A DNA stretch of 32,000 bases from NCBI GenBank assembly GCA_910575155.1, contig CAJTDX010000025.1, forward strand, positions 2,111 to 34,110. Reading direction: 5' to 3'. The translations under genes and the position numbers were made by a program. The notes beneath the pieces were generated by a model. That model was not told where the DNA came from. It ran no database searches and saw only the letters and a program-made list of their open reading frames with translations. This stretch comes from Lachnospiraceae bacterium (GTDB taxonomy: Bacteria > Bacillota > Clostridia > Lachnospirales > Lachnospiraceae). Shown one piece after another: positions 9,401 to 17,122 of this stretch. The stretch's first letter is position 1. Each line of letters opens with the position of its first letter.

Positions 9401-10347
9401 CGACTTGTCTGGAACAGCGTCAGGGGAGGATTGAAAGGCAGGGCAATATGTTCCCAGAAGTTGAAGTTTACCGCTATGTGACGGAACAGACCTTTGATGC
9501 CTACCTCTTTCAGTTGGTGGAGGGAAAGCAGAAATTTATTTCCCAGATAATGACGAGCAAAAGCCCCGTCCATTCTGCCGAGGACGTGGACGAAGTGGCT
9601 CTTTCCTTTGCGGAGGTGAAAATGCTTGCCACAGGCGACGAGCGTTTCAAGGAAAAAATGGATTTGGATATGCAGGTGGCGAAGCTGAAAGTCTTGAAGC
9701 AGAGCTATCTTTCCGAGCATTACGACCTTGAGGACAGGATATTAAAGCACTATCCGCAGGAGATTAAAGACTATGAGGAACGCATTATAGGCTATGGGAA
9801 TGATGCCAAGATTGCCAGTCAGCATAAGCCGCAGGGCGAGGATAAGTTCTGCCCGATGACCTTAAACGGCGTGACCTACAAAGAAAAGGCGGATGCAGGC
9901 GAGATGCTCTTAGCTATCTGCAAGGAAAATCCAATGTCACAGCCGATAGAAATCGGCAGCTACCGTGGCTTTCAGATGGAGGTTTTCTATGATACCGTCA
10001 ACACCTGCTACTGTCTAAACCTCTGCGGAATGAGGAAATATAAGGTGGATTTAGGCATGGACGCCCTCGGCAATCTGACCCGAATTGAGAATGAGATTGC
10101 CAAGCTCCCTGCCAGACTGGAAGCCGCCAAGACCAGAAAGGAGGAAACCATTGCACAGCTTGAAATTGCAAAAGAGGAAGTAAAGAAGCCGTTTGCCTTT
10201 GAAAATGAGCTGAAAGAAAAGACAGAAAGGCTCAACGCCCTCAATATCGAACTGAATCTGAATGAAAAGGACAATGCTGTGATTGACGATGAGCCAGAGC
10301 AGAGCGATGAGCCGGCAGAGAAAAAAAGTGAGGACAGGGAGCGGTAA
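9400..10347 (+). pseudogene. C-terminal ~315 codons of a giant ICE-type SNF2/DEAD helicase(-methylase)
   Basis: In frame with the 9448 ATG, codons 9400-9447 read PTCLEQRQGRIERQGN, which is SF2 helicase motif VI. A TGA at 9397-9399 closes the frame. No helicase motifs I-V occur anywhere upstream. The remainder (EVYRYVTEQTFDAYLFQLVEGKQKFISQI...) matches the conserved C-terminus of these >2000-aa proteins as I recall them. Confidence 0.7.
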
Positions 10348-10362
10348 ATCCAGTTTGCACAT

Positions 10363-10391
10363 TTGTACTGCTGATTTTGGGGTATTATAAT
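10363..10391 (+). promoter_or_regulatory. sigma-70-like promoter
   Basis: TTGTAC (10363-10368), 17-nt spacer, TATAAT (10386-10391), 35 nt upstream of the 10426 start. Confidence 0.4.
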
Positions 10392-10425
10392 AAGGACGAT
10401 AAGAAAAAATCGGAGGTGAGGAAGA

Positions 10426-10755
10426 ATGTCTGATGCGTTCAGATTTGAAACTTTTGTAGATGCCCACAGCAATATATTCAATGAATACCTCAGCTCTGTC
10501 ATAGCAAAGCTGTCCAGAGAAAACGAGGAATACCGTGCCGTGCGAGCCGAGATTGAGGGAGTGTATGAGAAATATCCGAAAGTCTTAGGCGTGTTTGACA
10601 CGGAAACGGCGGCGGAACTGACCGAGGAAGAATGTGCCGCACTGATTAAAGTGATGGAGCTAAGGAACAAACTTATGGATATGGAGATGCAGGCGGTTTA
10701 CTTGCGTGGCTGCTATGACAGCGTGGGGTATCTGAAAAAGGCAGGGATTTTATAA
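10426..10755 (+). CDS. conserved ICE hypothetical protein (usually follows the giant helicase)
   Basis: 109 aa, RBS GGAGGTGAGG. The ending ...MEMQAVYLRGCYDSVGYLKKAGIL is recalled from homologous elements. Confidence 0.6.
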   Translation: MSDAFRFETFVDAHSNIFNEYLSSVIAKLSRENEEYRAVRAEIEGVYEKYPKVLGVFDTETAAELTEEECAALIKVMELRNKLMDMEMQAVYLRGCYDSVGYLKKAGIL

Positions 10756-10862
10756 TGGACTGACCGAGGGAAAGGCGGTGTCGGCGTGAGTGCTGATGCC
10801 GTCTTTTACATAGCTGAATGAATATATAAATTTATGCAGTTGGGGGACAGTGACTGGATTTC

Positions 10863-10891
10863 TTGAAAAGTTCATAATCTAGGAGTATAAT
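10863..10891 (+). promoter_or_regulatory. near-consensus sigma-70 promoter of the AT-rich cargo cassette
   Basis: TTGAAA (10863-10868), exactly 17 nt, TATAAT (10886-10891). Confidence 0.55.
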
Positions 10892-10930
10892 AAAAACTGC
10901 ATATTTGCATTGTTAGGAGATAGTCATAAA

Positions 10931-11278
10931 ATGAAAAATAATTTTATACTTTGGATTATAATTTCTTTGGTAATCATGTTGGTTTTACCGTGGCTTGCAG
11001 TTTTCTTTGTAAAGGGTGATGCTGGAATGGCAGTGTGTTTTATATTATTCTTTGCCGTAAATCCAATATATTCTGTTATTATGGGTGTTTTTGCAGGAAA
11101 AAACATAAAAAGGTTATGGGGAACGCCAGTCATTTCAGCAGTATTATTCCTGCTTGGTTCATGGATATTCTTTAGCATGGGTGAAAGGGCATTTATTTTG
11201 TATGCAGGTGTTTATCTGATATTGGGGATGGCTGCTATGACAATTTCCATGATTATCCATAGGAAAGCACAAAGGTAA
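10931..11278 (+). CDS. integral membrane protein (about 4 TM), unknown function
   Basis: I prefer the ATG at 10931 (MKNNFILWIIISLVIMLVLPW...) with AGGAGA at 10915-10920. The protein is hydrophobic throughout. Confidence 0.6.
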   Translation: MKNNFILWIIISLVIMLVLPWLAVFFVKGDAGMAVCFILFFAVNPIYSVIMGVFAGKNIKRLWGTPVISAVLFLLGSWIFFSMGERAFILYAGVYLILGMAAMTISMIIHRKAQR

Positions 11279-11313
11279 TATCTGATTTGTTTTCTGCAAA
11301 GGTTGGTGATAAT

Positions 11314-11985
11314 ATGAAAAATATATTTGGAAACAAGGCGGTAAGTTCAGTGAATGTAATTAAAGGAGATGATGGACCGACATCTTTTTTTATAGTAGGA
11401 AGAAATAATTCAAAACAGACACTCAAACAAAAAATCCAAAAATTTCTTTATAATGTGAGAAAAAAGAGGATTGTCAAATCGTTAAAAGCAAATCCACATT
11501 CTATGGAACAGGTAGCCGATTATATCGTAACTGAATTAGGGTTTTCAGAGGTTGATAAGACAAATGCGGAATATAAAACAGAATATTTGCAAATGAGGGC
11601 ATCTTTCATCTTGCAGTATAAGCCTGAATTACTTGGGGATTTAGCAGAAACTCCAAGACTTGAGAATCATGAGGAAGAAACAATAAAACTTTTTATGGAG
11701 AAGATAGGGCAAAGGCAGAAAGCAGCAGAAGATATTCCGCCAGATATTTTTGATATTGATTTGCACATATATGAAAAGGGTGATGGAAATAATCAGTCAA
11801 GAATAACAGTTGAAAAGAATTATGGCTATATTGGCGGTTCAGCATCTGGCTCAAAAAATGGCTTTATGAGAGAATTTGATAAAACATTCAGAAAGGTTTA
11901 TCAATATTATGGGGTTACCAAAAAGGATATTGATAACAATACAAAGAGATATATAGAGCTTGTAAAAACACTTGCCAGAAGATAG
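11314..11985 (+). CDS. hypothetical soluble protein, unknown family
   Basis: I prefer the ATG at 11314 (MKNIFGNKAVSSVNVIKGDDGPTSFFIVGR...). 223 aa with codon usage consistent with its AT-rich neighbours. Confidence 0.55.
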   Translation: MKNIFGNKAVSSVNVIKGDDGPTSFFIVGRNNSKQTLKQKIQKFLYNVRKKRIVKSLKANPHSMEQVADYIVTELGFSEVDKTNAEYKTEYLQMRASFILQYKPELLGDLAETPRLENHEEETIKLFMEKIGQRQKAAEDIPPDIFDIDLHIYEKGDGNNQSRITVEKNYGYIGGSASGSKNGFMREFDKTFRKVYQYYGVTKKDIDNNTKRYIELVKTLARR

Positions 11986-12086
11986 CAGCACTGGCATATG
12001 ATAGAGTTTTTAACCATATTTTTATCAGTGTTTTACACAGCCGCATGGAGATAAAACAAATTGGTATCATTAGAGAGGTGTATTTG

Positions 12087-12506
12087 ATGAAAGAGTATCT
12101 AACAAAGCGGGTACATGAATTGTACTGGAAAGAAGATATAAATTGTGCAAGGACAGCACTTATCTGTTTGAGCGAATTATTTAAAATTGCCATTGAGCCG
12201 CAAACAATCTGGTCTGCTGCTGGATTGCATGGTGCGGGTGGATATAGGGCACAATGCGGTTTAGTAGAGGGTACGCTTATGTTCATGGGAATTTATCTTC
12301 ATACGATAGGAAAAACAGAAGATGAAATTGTATCTGCCTGCTATAATTTTGCGTCTGCCTTTGATAGAGAATTTGGTTCATTAAGATGTTTTGAATTACG
12401 TCCTACGGGTTTCTCAGAGAGCGACCCACCACATATGTGTGAAAACTTGACTTGTAATGGAGTCGGATTTGCATATCAATATATTTTGGGAATCACAAAA
12501 AAGTAA
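12087..12506 (+). CDS. C_GCAxxG_C_C family (putative redox-active) protein
   Basis: I prefer the ATG at 12087 with GAGAGGTG upstream. Shows INCARTAL, GGYRAQCGLVEG and LRCFEL...HMCENLTC, the arrangement recalled for PF09719. Confidence 0.6.
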   Translation: MKEYLTKRVHELYWKEDINCARTALICLSELFKIAIEPQTIWSAAGLHGAGGYRAQCGLVEGTLMFMGIYLHTIGKTEDEIVSACYNFASAFDREFGSLRCFELRPTGFSESDPPHMCENLTCNGVGFAYQYILGITKK

Positions 12507-12674
12507 GCAATAACTAATTTGTTAATGTCCAATAGTTAGAATTGAATATTGTTTAAAGCGTAGCTAAATAGAGATAAATTTTCTATATGGCAGATAATAA
12601 AAGACGGGATAATTTAAAATTTACAGTTTGGAAGTAATAGCATACTTACGGAGCAGAATCTAAAGGAGGACATT

Positions 12675-12836
12675 ATGAAGAAAATAGCTCTGATACTGAG
12701 TATATTATTTATCATTTTAACCTTTGTTGGTGCAGGATATGTTTTATGTAATGGTGGGAGGATAAATGCGGGGTATGCTACTATTCCAATGGTATTTGCT
12801 CTTGTTTGTATCGCCTTTTACCGAAATAGAAAGTGA
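12675..12836 (+). CDS. 53-aa two-TM membrane peptide (below the ORF-track size cutoff)
   Basis: My translation is MKKIALILSILFIILTFVGAGYVLCNGGRINAGYATIPMVFALVCIAFYRNRK*. A strong RBS AAAGGAGGA lies 5 nt upstream of the ATG. Confidence 0.45.
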   Translation: MKKIALILSILFIILTFVGAGYVLCNGGRINAGYATIPMVFALVCIAFYRNRK

Positions 12837-12887
12837 TTATTTTATGTTTTATCGGTAAATCATGAGTGGGATTAAATATTATTACAT

Positions 12888-12928
12888 AGCCGAGTGGTTT
12901 TCATTTATGAAAGTCCCTCGGCTTATTT
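12888..12928 (+). terminator. hairpin plus T-run, probable terminator
   Basis: agccgag(t)gg (12888-12897) pairs with cc(c)ctcggct (ending 12923) with one mismatch, followed by TATTT. Confidence 0.4.
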
Positions 12929-12953
12929 AATTTTCTGGAGGTGATTTTATTGA

Positions 12954-13943
12954 ATGAGAGTATCTAAACCCTATGTGCAGATTGACCCAGACGTGCTTGA
13001 GCGGGCAAGGCAGATAGACCTGCTTTCCTATCTCAGAGCCTATGAGCCGAGCAACCTTATCAAAGTCAAAGGCACGACAAACGTGTACTGTACCGCCGAG
13101 CATGACAGCCTAAAGATTTCCAACGGCAAATGGTACTGGTGGTCGAGGGGCTTCGGCGGCTATTCCGCCCTTGATTATCTGATGAAAGTTAAGGAATACG
13201 GCTTTGTGGAAGCCGTGGAAATCCTTACAGGTCAGACGATGGCGGACTGGAAGCCGCCGCCCCCTGCCTTGAAGAAAGACGAGCCAAAGGTGCTTCTCCT
13301 GCCGCCGAAGAACAAAAATTGCGACAGAGTGGCGGAGTATCTTTTCGGTCGTGGCATTGACTATCAGATTATCCAAGAGTGCGTTGCCAAGGGGATTATT
13401 TTCGAGAGTGCCGACTACCACAACGCCGTTTTTATTGGGAAAGATGAAAGCGGAACACCAAAATACGCCGCCTGCCATGGCACAATGGGGAATTTTAAGC
13501 GTGACGCATCGGGCAGCGACAAGCGGTATTCGTTTCGGATTCTGGCAAAAGAGCCGACCGACGCCGTGCATTTATTTGAAGCTGCCATTGATTTACTCTC
13601 CTACGCCACCTATTTAAAATGCGAGGGAAAGGATTATAAGGCAGAGAATCTTCTCTCTCTGTCGGGCGTATATCAGCCGAAGAAAGAGCTGAAAGAAAGC
13701 AAAATCCCCATTGCCCTCACGACTTTTTTGAAAGCAAACCCACAAATCAAGACCATCTTTCTGCATCTGGACAAGGACAGGGCAGGTCGGCTATGTACCG
13801 CCGCCTTGAAAGAATTATTGCAGAAAGACTACCGAATCGTTGATGAACCGCCGCCAGTTGGCAAGGACTTCAACGATTTTTTAATGTCCTATCTGGGGAT
13901 TGCAAGGCAGAAACCGAGCCGTGAAAGGAGGGATGCCCGCTGA
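12954..13943 (+). CDS. DUF3991 + Toprim domain protein (ICE primase-like)
   Basis: 329 aa, RBS GGAGGTGA. N-terminal KWYWWSRGFGGYSALDYLM. Toprim-like LFEAAIDLLS and HLDKDRAG acidic motifs. Confidence 0.8.
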   Translation: MRVSKPYVQIDPDVLERARQIDLLSYLRAYEPSNLIKVKGTTNVYCTAEHDSLKISNGKWYWWSRGFGGYSALDYLMKVKEYGFVEAVEILTGQTMADWKPPPPALKKDEPKVLLLPPKNKNCDRVAEYLFGRGIDYQIIQECVAKGIIFESADYHNAVFIGKDESGTPKYAACHGTMGNFKRDASGSDKRYSFRILAKEPTDAVHLFEAAIDLLSYATYLKCEGKDYKAENLLSLSGVYQPKKELKESKIPIALTTFLKANPQIKTIFLHLDKDRAGRLCTAALKELLQKDYRIVDEPPPVGKDFNDFLMSYLGIARQKPSRERRDAR

Positions 13944-14016
13944 CTGCGTGAAGATTTTTCTGTTAGGAACAACGTAACTATCATTAAATTTAAGACCAAA
14001 AGGGAGGAAAGACTGA

Positions 14017-14307
14017 TTGAAAAACTATGAAGTGACCCTTGTCGCCCACTATGCAAAGACCGTTTCCATCCATGCCGACAGCCCCGAACAGGCGGCGGAA
14101 AAGTTAAAGACCGTCCTGTTTGATACCGACCTTGTGAGGTTTTCCGACGGAGATTTTGTCTGCGGCGAAGCCGAGATTAACGACCCTATGGAGGACGCAG
14201 GGGAAGAAAGCGAATCCGAGGGAGGGGATTTTGAGGACGGCTTCTGTTCGGAATGTCCGTGCTTCAGAATGGTATGTAAAGGATGCTGTCACGAGGGTGG
14301 GGATTAA
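14017..14307 (+). CDS. small acidic protein with Cys-rich C-terminus
   Basis: TTG start 8 nt after AGGGAGGAAAG. 96 aa ending CSECPCFRMVCKGCCHEGGD. Confidence 0.5.
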   Translation: MKNYEVTLVAHYAKTVSIHADSPEQAAEKLKTVLFDTDLVRFSDGDFVCGEAEINDPMEDAGEESESEGGDFEDGFCSECPCFRMVCKGCCHEGGD

Positions 14308-14370
14308 AGACACGTCTTACCAAGCACTGAATTTGGTTATCCATCTGCCGATGGAAACAAAATTCGCTTG

Positions 14371-14444
14371 TTAGGGGATGCCCCTAATACCCCATAGAAA
14401 GAACAATGCCAAAGTATGCCGCCATGCCGTGTACGGCACGGCGG
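14371..14444 (+). promoter_or_regulatory. candidate oriT / regulatory hairpins upstream of the relaxosome genes
   Basis: Palindrome ttagggg-atg-cccctaa lies at 14371-14387. Hairpin ccgccatgccg-tgta-cggcacggcgg lies at 14419-14444 with one mismatch. No nic site could be identified. Confidence 0.3.
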
Positions 14445-14464
14445 TCACAGAAAGGAATCCAAGA

Positions 14465-14629
14465 ATGAGTGATTTTATATATTTTATCCTCGGCACAACG
14501 CTCGGCGGTACGTTCGGCGTGGCGTGTATGTGCGTGTTGCAGATTAACAGGCTCTCCGAGGGAAAGGGGGATTTGGATGCGGAAACGAAATGTGCAGATA
14601 CTGTTCCGACTGACCGAGGAAGAAGCTGA
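14465..14629 (+). CDS. DUF3789-like small membrane protein
   Basis: Internal ATG of track ORF 14378-14629. MSDFIYFILGTTLGGTFGVACMCVLQINRL is the recalled family signature. Overlaps the mobC start by 53 nt in another frame. Confidence 0.45.
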   Translation: MSDFIYFILGTTLGGTFGVACMCVLQINRLSEGKGDLDAETKCADTVPTDRGRS

Positions 14630-14909
14630 ATACCTCTGCTCCCTTGCGGAGCGGTCGGGACACTCAAGGCAAGCCCTGCTCCAGTCGATGGTCATGGGCT
14701 ACCGCCTATGCGAGAAGCCAGACCCAGAGTTTTATAAAATCATGCGGGAGCTGTCCGCCATCGGCAACCGCATCAACCAGCTTGCGGCAAAGGCGAACGC
14801 ACTGAACTTTGTGGACACGCCGATGCTCTATGACGAAGCCAAGCGGTGGCGGGACTTCCGTCTGGACGTAAGCAGGAGCTACCTTGTTCCGAGGAAGATG
14901 TCTGGCTGA
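14577..14909 (+). CDS. mobC: MobC-family relaxosome accessory protein
   Basis: ATG at 14577 after GAGGGAAAGGGGG. MRKRNVQILFRLTEEEAEYL...IGNRINQLAAKAN shows the ribbon-helix-helix and conserved GxNxNQxA motif. Its stop overlaps the relaxase ATG (TGATG at 14907-14911). Confidence 0.8.
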   Translation: MRKRNVQILFRLTEEEAEYLCSLAERSGHSRQALLQSMVMGYRLCEKPDPEFYKIMRELSAIGNRINQLAAKANALNFVDTPMLYDEAKRWRDFRLDVSRSYLVPRKMSG

Positions 14910-16321
14910 TGGCGGTCTGCGAGATATGGGACGTAAAGGGCAGGCTCGACCACCCCATCGACTACGCCGAGAACCCAGAAAAGACCGCCAACCCCAAATA
15001 TACGGATGCGGACTTGCAGGCGATGGGCGATGTGATGAAGTACGCCACCAACAGCGACAAGACCGAGCAGCAGTTTTTCGTCACGGGCGTAAATTGTGAC
15101 CCTGCCACGGCAAGGGACGAGATGATGATAGCCAAAGCACAATGGAACGACCAGAGCGAGATTGTCTGCTACCACGGCTTCCAGAGCTTTAAGGCAGGCG
15201 AGGTCACGCCAGAGCAGGCACACGAGGTCGGCGTGAAGCTGGCGGAGAAGATGTGGGGCGAAAGGTTTCAAGTAATCGTGGCGACCCATCTGAACACGGA
15301 ATGCCTGCATAACCATTTTGTTGTCAACTCTGTTTCCTATGTGGACGGAAAGCATTATCACGATAACAAAAAGAACCTGCGGCTGCTCCGTCAGCGTTCG
15401 GATGAATTGTGCCGTGAGTATTTCTTATCGGTCATTGAACATCCAAGCGGCAGGAAAAAGCCCTACGCTTTATACCAAGCTGAGAAGAATGGTCTGCCAA
15501 CGAGGGACAGTGTGGCACGGCAGGCAGTGGATGAAGTAATCTCAAAATCATTTACGCTGAAAGACTTTGACCGCCAGTTGTTGGAAATGGGATACCGCAT
15601 TAATTTTGACCCCAACCGAAGATACTGGACGATTATCGGGAAAGGGTGGCAAAGACCGAAGCGGCTCTATAAGCTCGGCGAAGATTACACCAATGAAAGG
15701 ATAACGGAACGCATATGGGAAAACTCCTATGCGGTCAAGTTCCAGAGTTTTTTCAAAGAGCAGCCACAGGTCAGAGTGATAAAGGTAAAAGGCACATTAA
15801 AAGACACAAAGAAAATCGGCGGCTTGCGAGGGCTGTATCTCCATTACTGTTACAAGCTCGGCATCCTGCCAAAGAAGAAACAACAGAACTATGCAAGGCT
15901 TCATTATCTTCTGAAAGACGACTTGATGAAGATGGACGCCATCACAAACGAAACAAGGCTGCTCTGCCGCTGCCATATAGATACGGCGGAGCAGCTTTTG
16001 TCGTATAAAGACTCTCTGGAATCCGAGATGCAGGAGCTGACCGAACAGCGTAAGGGGCTTTACTCCCAGAGCCGCAAATCTGTCGGGGAAGAAAAAGAAG
16101 CGGTCAAGGCTCGGCTGTCGGAAATCACAGAGCGGATGAAAACCTTGCGAAAGGAGGTCAGATTGTGTGAGGGTGTCGAAGCCCGAAGCGACGCCCTCAA
16201 AGAAAAATTAAATGTCATACGGGCAGATGAAAAAGAACAGCAAAGAAAGGAGCTGATGAAGCATGAACACAGGCGGCGAAGCGGCAGAGCAAATCGTAAG
16301 GATGAGCTTGGAGGGATTTGA
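14909..16321 (+). CDS. relaxase/mobilisation nuclease (MobA/VirD2, MOBP-type)
   Basis: I prefer the ATG at 14909 (MAVCEIWDVKGRLDHPIDYAENPEKT). Histidine triad region is HLNTECLHNHFVVNSV. The C-terminus is a coiled coil. Confidence 0.9.
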   Translation: MAVCEIWDVKGRLDHPIDYAENPEKTANPKYTDADLQAMGDVMKYATNSDKTEQQFFVTGVNCDPATARDEMMIAKAQWNDQSEIVCYHGFQSFKAGEVTPEQAHEVGVKLAEKMWGERFQVIVATHLNTECLHNHFVVNSVSYVDGKHYHDNKKNLRLLRQRSDELCREYFLSVIEHPSGRKKPYALYQAEKNGLPTRDSVARQAVDEVISKSFTLKDFDRQLLEMGYRINFDPNRRYWTIIGKGWQRPKRLYKLGEDYTNERITERIWENSYAVKFQSFFKEQPQVRVIKVKGTLKDTKKIGGLRGLYLHYCYKLGILPKKKQQNYARLHYLLKDDLMKMDAITNETRLLCRCHIDTAEQLLSYKDSLESEMQELTEQRKGLYSQSRKSVGEEKEAVKARLSEITERMKTLRKEVRLCEGVEARSDALKEKLNVIRADEKEQQRKELMKHEHRRRSGRANRKDELGGI

Positions 16322-17120
16322 GGTCGCAGCCAAAATTACGGGGGCGGGTGCTAAGAATATCGCCATCCTCTTATATTCCATCTTAAAAGAAGAACAGAAA
16401 ACCAAAGGAAAGGTAAGGCTCACAAATATGCTCCGCTCTGGCAAGGAGCTGAAAGTCTTTACCGTAAAAAGCGGCGACTTTAAGAAGTTTACGCAGGAAG
16501 CAAAGAAATACGGCGTACTCTACTGTGTTTTGGCAGACCGTGGGAATAAAGACCCCAATGCGGAGGTGGATGTGATTGCCCGTGCGGAGGACGCATCGAA
16601 AATCAGCCGCATCGTGGAGCGTTTCAATCTTGCGTCTGTGGACACCGCTTCTATCGTGACCGAAGCAGAGAAATCGAAAGGGGAAAAGACCAAGCCGAAA
16701 GATGCCAAGACCGCAAAGGATACAAAGGATGTAAAGGACGGTCAGCCAGAGCCAGACATCGGCGTGGAGGAAAAGGCGGAGAAAGACAGGCTTATGGACG
16801 CCCTTATGGGAAAGACCATGCAGAAAGAGGAAAACGCCCCAAACCCCTCATTGGCAAAGACAGAAAAATCCCCTCTGTCCGAGCCTACCTCAGAGCAGCA
16901 AAGGAAGCCCGCAGAGGGGGCTACTATGACTAAGGCGGGGAAGCCGTCAGTCAGGGAAGAACTGCGGAAGATAAAGGAGGGCAGAAAGGAGCAGGAAGCG
17001 GACGTTTCCCCTGCAAAAGAGAAATCTTCCGACAGGGCGAAGAAACCGCCCGCAGGAAAGAAGGAGCATAAACAGCCCCAGAAGCGGAAACGCAAACCAA
17101 AATCGAAAGGAGCAAGATAA
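16263..17120 (+). CDS. PcfB (DUF3801) family protein with Lys/Glu/Pro-rich tail
   Basis: MNTGGEAAEQIVRMSLEGFEVAAKITG...VFTVKSGDFKKFTQEAKKYGVLY is the recalled PcfB N-domain. Overlaps the relaxase 3' end by 59 nt. Confidence 0.75.
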   Translation: MNTGGEAAEQIVRMSLEGFEVAAKITGAGAKNIAILLYSILKEEQKTKGKVRLTNMLRSGKELKVFTVKSGDFKKFTQEAKKYGVLYCVLADRGNKDPNAEVDVIARAEDASKISRIVERFNLASVDTASIVTEAEKSKGEKTKPKDAKTAKDTKDVKDGQPEPDIGVEEKAEKDRLMDALMGKTMQKEENAPNPSLAKTEKSPLSEPTSEQQRKPAEGATMTKAGKPSVREELRKIKEGRKEQEADVSPAKEKSSDRAKKPPAGKKEHKQPQKRKRKPKSKGAR

Positions 17121-17122
17121 GC

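Noticed and set aside
8312-9720. Minus-strand ORFs 8312-8941 (209 aa), 8347-8634, 8635-8838 and 9166-9720 (184 aa)
   Set aside because: They are entirely antisense to the recombinase and helicase remnants. They lack recognisable motifs and an RBS. Such ORFs are typical of GC-rich coding DNA read on the opposite strand.
10008-10670. 220-aa Ser-rich minus-strand ORF and overlapping 138-aa ORF
   Set aside because: They are antisense to the Glu/Lys-rich coiled-coil end of the helicase fragment and to the 10426 gene. The low-complexity translation is an artefact of GAA/AAG-rich sense codons.
14371-16444. Minus-strand ORFs 14371-14667, 14384-14695, 14773-14958, 14879-15361 and 16208-16444
   Set aside because: They overlap the well-supported DUF3789, mobC, relaxase and pcfB genes on the opposite strand and show no RBS or motifs.
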